From an uncultured delta proteobacterium (GTDB lineage: Bacteria; Desulfobacterota; WTBG01), in the NCBI GenBank assembly GCA_963793865.1, contig CAWCBP010000001.1, positions 390,816-454,815 of the forward strand: a stretch of 64,000 bases of DNA. The letters are read 5' to 3'. Shown here piece by piece: positions 29,981 through 38,107 of the stretch. Made by a program: the position numbers and the translations under genes. Each line of letters begins with the position of its first letter. The stretch's first letter is position 1. The notes beneath the pieces were generated by a model. The model saw only the letters and a program-made list of their open reading frames with translations. It was not told where the DNA came from and did not search any database.

Positions 29981-32740
29981 CTACTTTTTCAACAGTCTGT
30001 TTACGCTCATCTCCGACTGCATGACAGCCCCACCGCTTTCTCCCAGAAGATCTCCCGCCAGATCGCGCGCGTATCCCGGATAGCTCCCGGGATTTTTTGT
30101 CATCTCCAGAAGACAGGGTCCTGCCTCTTCCGCTTTGTCCCGCAATGATTCAAAGGCCGCAAAGCGAACCGAGTAATGATCATCGGCCAGCAGCGAGGCA
30201 AGGGTTTTGATCGCGGCGGCTTCCCTGCTGCCGCCGAGGGCGATGGCGCAAAATTTTCGCACCGCCGGCGTTTCATCCGCCGCAGCGGTGAGAAGTCTCT
30301 CCGCCGGAAGCCCGTGCTGTAACCTGCTGATGCCCCTCATGGCTGCTGTTCGTACCATCCCGTCACCGGACTGCAAACATGAGAGAAAGGTTTCGAGAGA
30401 GCCGTCATCCTTCAGATCGCCGAGCACCGAAAGGATGAATGACGCGAGACGAGGCTCACGCGCATGCTCTTTCACCGCTTCCCGCAGCACGGGTGCTGCG
30501 GACAGCCCCATCCCGGCGATGATTTCCCTGGCGGTAAAGGAAAGCTGAACATCGTTTATCCTGACGTACTCCAGCAGACGGGGCAGGATGGCCGGCCCGC
30601 GTGATGCCAGCTCCTTAACCGCCGCCTGTCGTACCTCTTCATAGTTAAGGTCAACCTCCAGTTCAGGCAGGGGCTCATAATCCTCGAACAGCGCCGTCGT
30701 GCCCGTCTCAGGAGCCTGCGGCTGAAGGCCGGAGCTGCTTATTCCCCGCCAGTCAGGCGGGTCAAGCAGGGCGGAGGCATCGATGCCGCCGCCATAGTAT
30801 CCCTGCCGCCAGCGGTGATTGTTTTTCCCCGCTCCGCTGTACTCGTCCGTTCCCCCCAGATCAAGCGCCAATCCGATGCTGCCTTCCTTCTCTTCATCGC
30901 AGTACTGCCCGTTTCCCTGGCTGCAGAATGAACCGCTCCGGTAGGCATCGTCTCCCCGGCGGTCGACAAGTATTCCGGCGCCGGATTTGCCGCCGGTTCC
31001 CTGGGCAAACCAGGTCGCGCTGTAGCGATCATCTCCGCCTGCGTCGGAGAGCAGCCCCTGGGCACGGTCGTAACCGCATCCCTGGGCTGCCCCCCACGCC
31101 TCATACACATCATTTCCCGAGCCGTCGAGCAGCGCGCCCGCGGCCCTGTGGGTTGCCGCTCCCTGGGAGTAGCGACGCGCCAGGTAGCTGTCGCTTCCCG
31201 CGCGGTCGATGAGCAGGCCCGTGCCCAGCCAGTAGCCCGCCCCCTGGGCGAAGTAGCTGCCGCTGTAATGATCATTGCCTTCACCGTTCCAGAGAATGCC
31301 CAAACCACCGGAGGCGTAATTCCTGTCCCCGAAACCGCACCCCTGCGCGAAGCTGACAAACGCGCCTTCCGGCTCCCTGGAATCGGGATAGGTGCCCCCG
31401 GAGAAAAAGGTGTCGTCTCCCCGCCAGTCGATTGCGAGGCCCAAGCCGCCGGTAAAAGCCGAGCCCTGGTTGTACAGGCTGCCGTGGCAGGAATCGTTTC
31501 CCTCCCGGTCGGATAAAATGCCGATGCCGAAGGCCGCCGCCCCCTGGGCCATGGTGTCGGCGCGATAGCGGTCATTGCCCGCCCGGTCGTCGAGAACCCC
31601 CACGCCGAAAAAACCGCACCCCTGGGAGAAGTCCGCCGCGAGATAGGTGTCATCTCCGGCGCAGTCAACCAGGAAGCTGCACCCGAAGGCGGCGCTTCCC
31701 TGGGTATATTTTTTAGTCGAGCGGTGGAGGTCATCCCCCGCCAGATCGATGATCACGCTTGCCGAAGCGTTAAACGGAGAGAGGGAAGGGGAGGAGTACA
31801 CATTGTGATACTCGTCATCCCCTCCGAGATCGATGATCAGCAGGGGATTGATGGCGCTGTAGAAGCTTGGCCCCCTGCCGCCGATGATTATGGTGCCCCA
31901 GGGTGTTTCCTCGCGGGCAATGATGTCGCCCTTGAGCTCGCCGCTTGCCGCCGGGATGCCCGTGCCGCTCATCCTTTGCAGGCGGCCGCCTGCCTCCAGG
32001 ATGCGGTCAATGGCGCCGGCAAGGGAAATAACCGCGCGGTACAAGTCGGCAGTTCGCATGTTTGCCGCAAGAGCATGGGCCGTCTGCTTCGCACGGTGCT
32101 GATCGATTTTGAGCGGTGTGGGTTGCGGCGCACCTGACCTGGCGGCGCCTTCTTTGGCCGGCATCGCCTTGTCTTTCAGCAGCATCTCGGAGAAATAATG
32201 CCTGAGAAACAGGATTTCTTGCTGTGAGAGTGTCCCAAAGGCCTGATTCATTTTCAGGCGGCAGGCAACAATGGCGGAGAGCAGCTCCATGATTGCCGGC
32301 TTTGCATCCGGCGAAATGCCCGAAAGCATGCTGCTGCAATCCATTTCCGCAATGGCCGGTTCTTCCGGGGATGCCGAGGTGAGATCAATCTCCAGCTCGC
32401 TGACCGCCAGGGTCAGAAGCTGGGCCAGGCCGGTATGGCGATTTTCCAGCCGTCTTGAAAGGTGCCCGGCGTATGATTCAATGGTGAGGGGGTCTGCAAG
32501 GAAGCTCCGCGTTTTGTCCATGAAATACGGGTCCCTTACATGGGCCGGGGTTTCTATGGCAAGATCACTGACTGTCAGCCTCAGGTGGCTCAGCAGCATC
32601 TGCAGGGGATTTACATCCGCCCGCTGCTGCAACGGGCTGCCGACACCGGCGGCGTTGCGGTGTGAGCCGGCATGGTAGAGGCATCCCGAAAGCAGGGTGC
32701 ATATAAGGAAGAGCATGGCTGCGATGCGGCTCTTATGCAT
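29981..32740 (-). CDS. Large lipoprotein: an N-terminal ~290-aa unknown region, 12 tandem ~23-aa beta-solenoid/Ca-roll-like repeats (hhxDxxGxDxYxxxxxxQGxGxxGxG) and C-terminal HEAT/PBS-lyase repeats
   Basis: Start taken at the ATG 32740 (MHKSRIAAMLFLICTLLSGC, lipobox LSGC). The ORF extends to 32995 but that upstream part is Cys-rich junk. Repeats include IIDLGGDDEY, LVDCAGDDTY, VLDDRAGNDRY and LLSDAGGDDRY. The C-terminus has AVRKFCAIALG and DDHYSVRFAAFESL HEAT-like units. Confidence 0.6.
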   Translation of the reverse strand: MHKSRIAAMLFLICTLLSGCLYHAGSHRNAAGVGSPLQQRADVNPLQMLLSHLRLTVSDLAIETPAHVRDPYFMDKTRSFLADPLTIESYAGHLSRRLENRHTGLAQLLTLAVSELEIDLTSASPEEPAIAEMDCSSMLSGISPDAKPAIMELLSAIVACRLKMNQAFGTLSQQEILFLRHYFSEMLLKDKAMPAKEGAARSGAPQPTPLKIDQHRAKQTAHALAANMRTADLYRAVISLAGAIDRILEAGGRLQRMSGTGIPAASGELKGDIIAREETPWGTIIIGGRGPSFYSAINPLLIIDLGGDDEYHNVYSSPSLSPFNASASVIIDLAGDDLHRSTKKYTQGSAAFGCSFLVDCAGDDTYLAADFSQGCGFFGVGVLDDRAGNDRYRADTMAQGAAAFGIGILSDREGNDSCHGSLYNQGSAFTGGLGLAIDWRGDDTFFSGGTYPDSREPEGAFVSFAQGCGFGDRNYASGGLGILWNGEGNDHYSGSYFAQGAGYWLGTGLLIDRAGSDSYLARRYSQGAATHRAAGALLDGSGNDVYEAWGAAQGCGYDRAQGLLSDAGGDDRYSATWFAQGTGGKSGAGILVDRRGDDAYRSGSFCSQGNGQYCDEEKEGSIGLALDLGGTDEYSGAGKNNHRWRQGYYGGGIDASALLDPPDWRGISSSGLQPQAPETGTTALFEDYEPLPELEVDLNYEEVRQAAVKELASRGPAILPRLLEYVRINDVQLSFTAREIIAGMGLSAAPVLREAVKEHAREPRLASFILSVLGDLKDDGSLETFLSCLQSGDGMVRTAAMRGISRLQHGLPAERLLTAAADETPAVRKFCAIALGGSREAAAIKTLASLLADDHYSVRFAAFESLRDKAEEAGPCLLEMTKNPGSYPGYARDLAGDLLGESGGAVMQSEMSVNRLLKK

Positions 32741-32971
32741 GGAAAGCGCGATCCCGTTTCTTGATGATGTTCGATTGATCAGGCGGCACGGGCAGTGCGG
32801 TTCGCGGCCGTGATTTGCCGGGACAGTTTTTATTCTTCTCATCGGCTGCGCGGGCCGGAAAGTAAAGCCTAAACACACTTGACAATACAGGGTGATGGAA
32901 TATGATGGGAAACGCAAACAGTTCGTGGAATGGAAGGAAGGAGACAGAAGGCAGGGGGCAGAACAAAGAAG

Positions 32972-33069
32972 GAACGTCCAACATCGAACTTCCAACGTTC
33001 AACTTCCAACGCGAAAAATTGTGCCTTCTTTCAACGTTGGATGTTGGAAGTTGGATGTTCAGCGTTCGT
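32972..33069. repeat. Family-2 long imperfect hairpin followed by T6 (GAACGTCCAACATCGAACTTCCAACGTTCAAC..loop..CAACGTTGGATGTTGGAAGTTGGATGTTCAGCGTTCGTTTTTT)
   Basis: Self-complementarity, and family membership with 26677-26785 and 49951-50108. Confidence 0.6.
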
Positions 33070-33141
33070 TTTTTCAAATTAGAATGGAACACAACAGATG
33101 CTGCAGTAGTTACCAATGATATATAAGCTGGAGCCGCTTCT

Positions 33142-33930
33142 ATGAAAGAAGGTGTCGGGGACGCGTTTCAGAAGGAAACAAAATACCGGCGGGGAAACCT
33201 TTCGGGAGGGGGTCTGGACTGGGATGCGAAGCCCGAGACATACAAGCGATACCCCGGGGCTGAGCTGGTTGACCTGCCGCAGCCCTCATGTGACAAGCCC
33301 GGCACGGTCTGGGACGCATTGCGGATGCGCAGAAGCGTGCGGGAATTCGCTGACGGGCCAATCTCCACCGCCCAGCTCTCACAGCTGCTGTGGGCAGCCC
33401 AGGGAATTACCGCCCGGCTCCAGGGTTACGGATTGAGGACCGCCCCTTCAGCGGGGGCGCTCTATCCCCTTGAGCTTTATGTTGCGGTGCACAATGTTTC
33501 AGCGATTGATCAGGGCATGTATCACTACGCGGTGGAAACGCACCAGCTGGAGAGGCTGGAAAAGGGCGACTTCCGCCTCAAGGTGGCGCGGGCGGCCCTT
33601 GATCAGGAAATGGCCTATTCTGCAAACGCGGTCTTTGTGTGGACAGCCGTCTTTGAGCGCTCCATGTGGAAATACAAGCAGCGGGCCTACCGCTACATTT
33701 ACCTCGATGCGGGACACAGCGCGCAGAATCTTGCCCTGGCAGCGGTTGCCCTCGGACTGGGAAGCTGCCAGATCGGCGCTCTCTACGATGACGAGGCCAA
33801 CGGGATGCTGGGAGTTGACGGAATCAGCGAGAGTACGATATATATGACGGCAGTAGGGAGGGTCAGGATTGAGGATGCAGGGCATGATGCAGGGAAAAAC
33901 GTCTTCCGGAGATCCTCATCACATTTTTGA
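33142..33930 (+). CDS. SagB-type dehydrogenase domain protein (nitroreductase superfamily, TIGR03605-like)
   Basis: RTAPSAGALYPLELYV hallmark (P-S-A-G-x-L-Y-P). The last ~20 codons run into the intergenic repeat. Confidence 0.7.
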   Translation: MKEGVGDAFQKETKYRRGNLSGGGLDWDAKPETYKRYPGAELVDLPQPSCDKPGTVWDALRMRRSVREFADGPISTAQLSQLLWAAQGITARLQGYGLRTAPSAGALYPLELYVAVHNVSAIDQGMYHYAVETHQLERLEKGDFRLKVARAALDQEMAYSANAVFVWTAVFERSMWKYKQRAYRYIYLDAGHSAQNLALAAVALGLGSCQIGALYDDEANGMLGVDGISESTIYMTAVGRVRIEDAGHDAGKNVFRRSSSHF

Positions 33931-34260
33931 CCACGAAGCGCACAAAGAAAAAACACGAAGAACACGAAGATCCGAAATCCCAAACAAATCCAAAATTCAA
34001 ATGCCAAATGTTCCAAACGGAGGTAGTCGCAGTTGTTCAATCTGCGGAAATTTTACCATAGCAAGCTATAATAAACGCTGTATAGGCAAGACTCTCCGAT
34101 TGCCCACAAAGATCGCAATTTCTACAGCTCGCGGCTGCAACTTCGAAATGACAATGCAGAGTTTTTCATTCTGGACTTGAGTCGCAGGACCAACTGTCGA
34201 CCGCTTATAACTGACGCCCTGTACCCTGAACCCTGTACCCTAAACCCTTCACCCTGGAGT
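33921..34260 (+). repeat. Composite intergenic repeat region (copy D): CACGAAG-type array (degenerate); AAATCCCAAACAAATCCAAAAT..CAAATGTTCC module; GAAATGACAATGCAGAGTTTTTCATTC hairpin; CCCTGTACCCTGAACCCTG module
   Basis: Module identity with copies A-C. Confidence 0.65.
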
Positions 34261-34264
34261 TTAT

Positions 34265-34811
34265 ATGTCCCGAATCCGCATACCCAAAGCCCACCCGTTT
34301 GTTAAGAGCCTCTGCGCGAAGGCCGGGGTGAAGCTGAGAAACGCGATGACCGCTGATGAGTATGAGCAGGAAGTGGCGCAATTTTTAAAAGACCACGACA
34401 TACTCTACCTGGCGACCTCGCGGGATGATGCTGCCCCGCTGTACCCCGCTCGGCTATTTTACCCGCGGGCTGACCGTTTATATCCTGTCGGAGGGCGGCG
34501 GCAAGTTTGCCAACCTCGCGCGCAATGGGAAGGCTGCCTACGGCATAGCATCCCGGGTCAACGGCGGAAGGGGGCTGATGCGGGTGCGGGGACTGCAGGT
34601 GTGGGGAAGGGCGGAAGTGGTTTCAATGAGGAAAAACCGGAAGCGCTTTGAAGAGATCCTGCAATTCACCGGCATCATGGAGTCGCTGGGCAAGCGGGGG
34701 ATGAAGGGGCTGCCATCCTTCCACTACCGGTTTATCGTGGTCGAGCCGGAGAAGATCCGCTACCTCAACCTCGGAAAGGGAATTAACAATATTTCCTGGG
34801 CAAGGCGCTAA
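34265..34811 (+). pseudogene. Pyridoxamine 5'-phosphate oxidase-like (FMN-binding split barrel) family protein, frameshifted near 34430-34450
   Basis: Two overlapping ORFs (34265-34651, 34425-34811) together align end to end with the intact paralog at 45621-46163 (LYILSEGGGKF vs LYILSEGGDKF; RVNGGRGLMRVRGLQVWG vs HTMRSVRGVNMWG). The frame changes in gctgccccgctgtaccccg (C4 run). Confidence 0.55.
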
Positions 34812-35038
34812 GGCTCAGCATAGCGCATTTGTTTCTGATGTGTCTGCTGCCCGGATAGCCGGAAGGAGCGGCTTTCAGCCGCGAATTGTTCGCGCCTGAA
34901 GGCGCTCCTACCGAAATTTCAAATATGTTTGGCTGGTGTTTAGCGTTTTTGATTTATCACCTGCATCATGTATCATGCATCGTGCATCCGGTTTTCATAA
35001 CCCGCAACGTTATTGTGCCCCCAACCCGCTGAGGAGGA

Positions 35039-35692
35039 GTGTGCATGGAGACGAATGAACCCGCAAACGAGCTGAATGATGCCGCGCGCCAGGTGCTGCT
35101 GGTTGAAAACACCTTTTACCAGGAGGTGACCATTACCGATGTAAACGGCGCATGCCCGTACGGGCACCGGCCGGGAGATCAGTTCAAAGTAACCGCAATG
35201 AATAGCGACGGGATATGCGGCTCGCTTCTCAAGTCCATCATGTTCCCGATAACCACCCTCCATTACGGCGGCGGAGTGCTCTGGGAAAATGACCCGGATG
35301 TTTCCAGAGGATGGTGCCCCGAAGGCGGCAGGGTTCAGGTGGAGATACGGCGGAGGAGACAAAAGGAACAGACGCTTTTAAAAACCCCCTGCCGGTTCAA
35401 GAACATGACCGGGAAAGGGTATCACGCGCTCGACAAATATAAAGTATTTATCGAGATTCGTGATATTGCCATCAACTGCTACTGGGGGCATAAGGTTGGT
35501 GACGTGTTTGAGATTGATCCCTTCAATGTGGGAGGCGCCTGCTGCTTGCTGTACACGCAGCTCTATCCCTACATGCATGTTCTGCTCTCCGGCACGGCGC
35601 CGCCCTGGGCCTGGGATGAGCACACCATTATGGGTGAATGCCCCGATACCTACGACCGCCTTGCTTACCGCCTGTTTGTGCAGGAGCGTTAG
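35039..35692 (+). CDS. Tandem-duplicated TIGR04076-family protein (two ~90-aa Cys/His-containing modules)
   Basis: Module 1 reads GACPYGHRPGDQFKV...ICGSLL...GGGVLWENDPD..WCPEGG...VEIRR. Module 2 reads NCYWGHKVGDVFEID...ACCLLYTQLYPYMHVL...APPWAWDE..ECPDTYDRLAYRLFVQE. From memory this matches the C-P-x-G-H-x-x-G-D-x-F / FPWE / CPD pattern of TIGR04076. Confidence 0.55.
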   Translation: MCMETNEPANELNDAARQVLLVENTFYQEVTITDVNGACPYGHRPGDQFKVTAMNSDGICGSLLKSIMFPITTLHYGGGVLWENDPDVSRGWCPEGGRVQVEIRRRRQKEQTLLKTPCRFKNMTGKGYHALDKYKVFIEIRDIAINCYWGHKVGDVFEIDPFNVGGACCLLYTQLYPYMHVLLSGTAPPWAWDEHTIMGECPDTYDRLAYRLFVQER

Positions 35693-35820
35693 CAGGCCGT
35701 TGAAAAACACCCATCTGCTTCGTTACGCTCATCCATCGTCATTGCAGCGTACCGACAACAAGTACGCCTCATTCCTCAGGATTTCGCGTGCCTTGCATCT
35801 GGATGTTTTTGAACAGCCTG
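35693..35820 (+). repeat. Second copy of the 125-nt inverted-repeat-bounded element (see 29849-29973)
   Basis: ~90% identical to copy 1. It begins at the stop codon of the TIGR04076 gene. Confidence 0.6.
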
Positions 35821-35835
35821 AAAAATGGGTTTGGG

Positions 35836-36276
35836 CTATGGGGACTGTTCCCAGTCTTTTATGATGGATACTATTTCCTGAGCATCAGAGGCTGAGGTAA
35901 GCGCCTGAGTCAGATGCCGGTTTTGCATTGCTTTGCTGGCAAGGGACAAGACCTGTACCTGTTCATGAGGCTGTTTGCGCGGCGCGATAATCAGAAAGAC
36001 ACATGCGATGGGCTTGTCAGTCGAGACATCAACCACCCCCTGGCGGGTCAAACCGAGCGCAACCAGGGGAGCCGCAAGACCATCGATGCGCGCGTGGGGA
36101 AAGGCAACCCCTTCGTTGAAGAACGTAGAGCTTTCCTTTTCCCGTTGCCATACGGCAGCATAGATGATGCTGTGATCAAGCTCTTTGCAATCCCGACCCA
36201 TTGTATCGACCAGCGTTCTGATAACCTCTTCCTTAAAAGCCGGTTCCTGCCAGATAACAACTCTGCCGGCGGACAT
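35836..36276 (-). CDS. PTS EIIA type-2 domain protein (PtsN/EIIA-Ntr-like)
   Basis: GVAFPHARIDGL (phosphorylatable His region) and the downstream ACVFLIIAPRKQPHEQVQVLSLASKAM align along the full length with E. coli PtsN (GIAIPHGKLEE...VDLLFALLVPADQTKTHLHTLSLVAKRL). Start taken at the ATG 36276. The ORF extends to 36399 but that part is low-complexity and overlaps the upstream gene. Confidence 0.7.
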   Translation of the reverse strand: MSAGRVVIWQEPAFKEEVIRTLVDTMGRDCKELDHSIIYAAVWQREKESSTFFNEGVAFPHARIDGLAAPLVALGLTRQGVVDVSTDKPIACVFLIIAPRKQPHEQVQVLSLASKAMQNRHLTQALTSASDAQEIVSIIKDWEQSP

Positions 36277-36340
36277 GTAGTCACTCAGCGCGGGTTGCCG
36301 GGCAGCCTGCGCCTGTTGCCCCGTGCTGTCAGGGCTGCTT

Positions 36341-37525
36341 TCAGCCGCCACAGGCTGCCCCGGCTGATTCCCGCCTGTCCGTCTGCGTATCCGGAACAAC
36401 TATGGTTATGCCATGGGCATTCTGGATGAGCTGTTCGACGATGCTCTTCCTCCCCAGGAGCCTTCGCCACAATGACGGCGGGGAGGAAGTGCCGATGACA
36501 ATGTGACCCACACGATATTCACGGGCAAAGCGAAGAATGGTGTCGGCAATGTTGTCACCTTTATAGGTAAAGACGATGGCCCCGAGCTGCTTGGCAAGGG
36601 TCAGGGTGCCCGATAAAACACGCTGTGTCTGGGCGTCGATGATGGTCGGCTCTTCGGAAGAGGTCTGAACGTACACCGCATACCAGTTCCGGTTGAGCCT
36701 GCCCGCCAATCGTGAACCGTAGCGAAGCAGCATCTCGCTATTGGGACCCTTGGAACTGAGGCAAACCATAATCTGGTCGGGGGTGGAGATGCTTTCCTCT
36801 TCCAGCGGTTCACGCCTTCGCAAATCAATCTGCGCAGCCAGCTCGCGCAAGGTCAGCTCCCGCAGCTGCTCTAAATTTGAAGGGATAAAAAAATTGCTGA
36901 GAGCGGTTTGAATGCGCTCCCGCGGATATATTTTCCCCTCTTCCAGGCGCTTGCGCAGGTCTTCGGTGGTTACATCCACGTTGACGATCTGGTCTGCGTC
37001 GGCAAGCACCGTGTCGGGCATGCGTTCGCGCACTTTTACATGAACAGCCTTTTCAACCGTGTCGTACAGGCTCTCCAGGTGCTGCACGTTAACGGTGGTG
37101 ATGACATGAATGCCCGCCGCCAGAATATCCTGGACGTCCTGATAGCGCTTGGGATTGCGACTGCCCGGGGCGTTGGTGTGGGCTATTTCATCGATCAGCG
37201 CCACCTGGGGCTTGCGGGCTATGAGCGCGTCGGCATCCATCTCCTCAAGCATAATGCCGCGGTACTCCTGACGAAACCGCGGGACGACTTCCAGCCCCTC
37301 GGTGAGTTGCGCCGTTTCGGCGCGGCCGTGGGTTTCCACCAGCCCGATTACCACGTCGATGCCCTCATCCCTGAGGCGCCGGCCCTCCAGGAGCATTTGA
37401 TAGGTTTTCCCCACCCCGGCACAGTACCCGAGGTAGACCTTGAGCCTTCCGCGCTGCGTGCGGCGGATCATCCTTAAGAATGAACTGGTTCTATCTTCTG
37501 TCATTGATAACCTATCTGACATCAT
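36341..37525 (-). CDS. kdpD: Stand-alone KdpD N-terminal sensor domain plus Usp domain protein (no TM or histidine-kinase domains)
   Basis: KdpD_N P-loop region VYLGYCAGVGKTYQML, then a Usp-like domain. The protein ends after ~394 aa with no HisKA/HATPase. Confidence 0.8.
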   Translation of the reverse strand: MMSDRLSMTEDRTSSFLRMIRRTQRGRLKVYLGYCAGVGKTYQMLLEGRRLRDEGIDVVIGLVETHGRAETAQLTEGLEVVPRFRQEYRGIMLEEMDADALIARKPQVALIDEIAHTNAPGSRNPKRYQDVQDILAAGIHVITTVNVQHLESLYDTVEKAVHVKVRERMPDTVLADADQIVNVDVTTEDLRKRLEEGKIYPRERIQTALSNFFIPSNLEQLRELTLRELAAQIDLRRREPLEEESISTPDQIMVCLSSKGPNSEMLLRYGSRLAGRLNRNWYAVYVQTSSEEPTIIDAQTQRVLSGTLTLAKQLGAIVFTYKGDNIADTILRFAREYRVGHIVIGTSSPPSLWRRLLGRKSIVEQLIQNAHGITIVVPDTQTDRRESAGAACGG

Positions 37526-38093
37526 CCAACGAGAGATTCAAACTGAGCACATTTACCCGGGGCTCACCTAAGACCCATACATCACGCCCTTCAGTATGAG
37601 CTTTTACGCAGTCAAGCACAATCTTTTCATTCATGCCGCGTGCCCTGGCAACGCGGGGTGCCTGTAATATGGCATTTTTGACCGTGATGTGCGGATCAAG
37701 TCCACTGCCTGATGAGGTAACGGCATCAGCAGGTACTAAGACATCAAACGCAAGCCCGTTTTCGGCGCGGTAGTCGACTACGCGTTTCTTTACCGTCTCC
37801 AGTAATTTTTTTGAAAGGGGACCTAAATTACTGCCGCCGGAATTGGCAGCATCATAGCCCCGCCCTGCAGCGGAAGGTCGGGGATGGAAATATTTTGCAT
37901 CTTCAACCGGTTGGGCGAGCATGCTTGAACCGATTACTATTCCCTTTCTGGTGACCAGGGAACCATTGGCCTCATGCGGGAAAAATAACTGGGCCAGAAT
38001 CCATACGAGCAGAGGATACAAACCGCATAAAAGTATGCTTAAAGCCAGTGTACCTATCAATGCAATTCGCAGTTCCGCAATGAGTGCTTTCAT
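37512..38093 (-). CDS. kdpC: Potassium-transporting ATPase subunit C
   Basis: 193 aa with N-terminal TM. GSNLGP and SGSGLDPHIT motifs. Confidence 0.9.
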   Translation of the reverse strand: MKALIAELRIALIGTLALSILLCGLYPLLVWILAQLFFPHEANGSLVTRKGIVIGSSMLAQPVEDAKYFHPRPSAAGRGYDAANSGGSNLGPLSKKLLETVKKRVVDYRAENGLAFDVLVPADAVTSSGSGLDPHITVKNAILQAPRVARARGMNEKIVLDCVKAHTEGRDVWVLGEPRVNVLSLNLSLDDVR

Positions 38094-38107
38094 TTCAGTA
38101 ATCCCTG

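Noticed and set aside
30739-31734. 331-aa minus-strand ORF in an alternative frame within the large lipoprotein gene
   Set aside because: Same strand but a different frame of the Gly/Asp-rich repeat region. The product is Arg/Ala/Thr-rich and lacks the repeat periodicity seen in the main frame.
36908-37477. Plus-strand ORF opposite kdpD-N (also 38337-39518 opposite kdpB, 44108-45225 opposite the response regulator, 63093-63695 opposite the aminotransferase)
   Set aside because: All are antisense to genes with strong family signatures.
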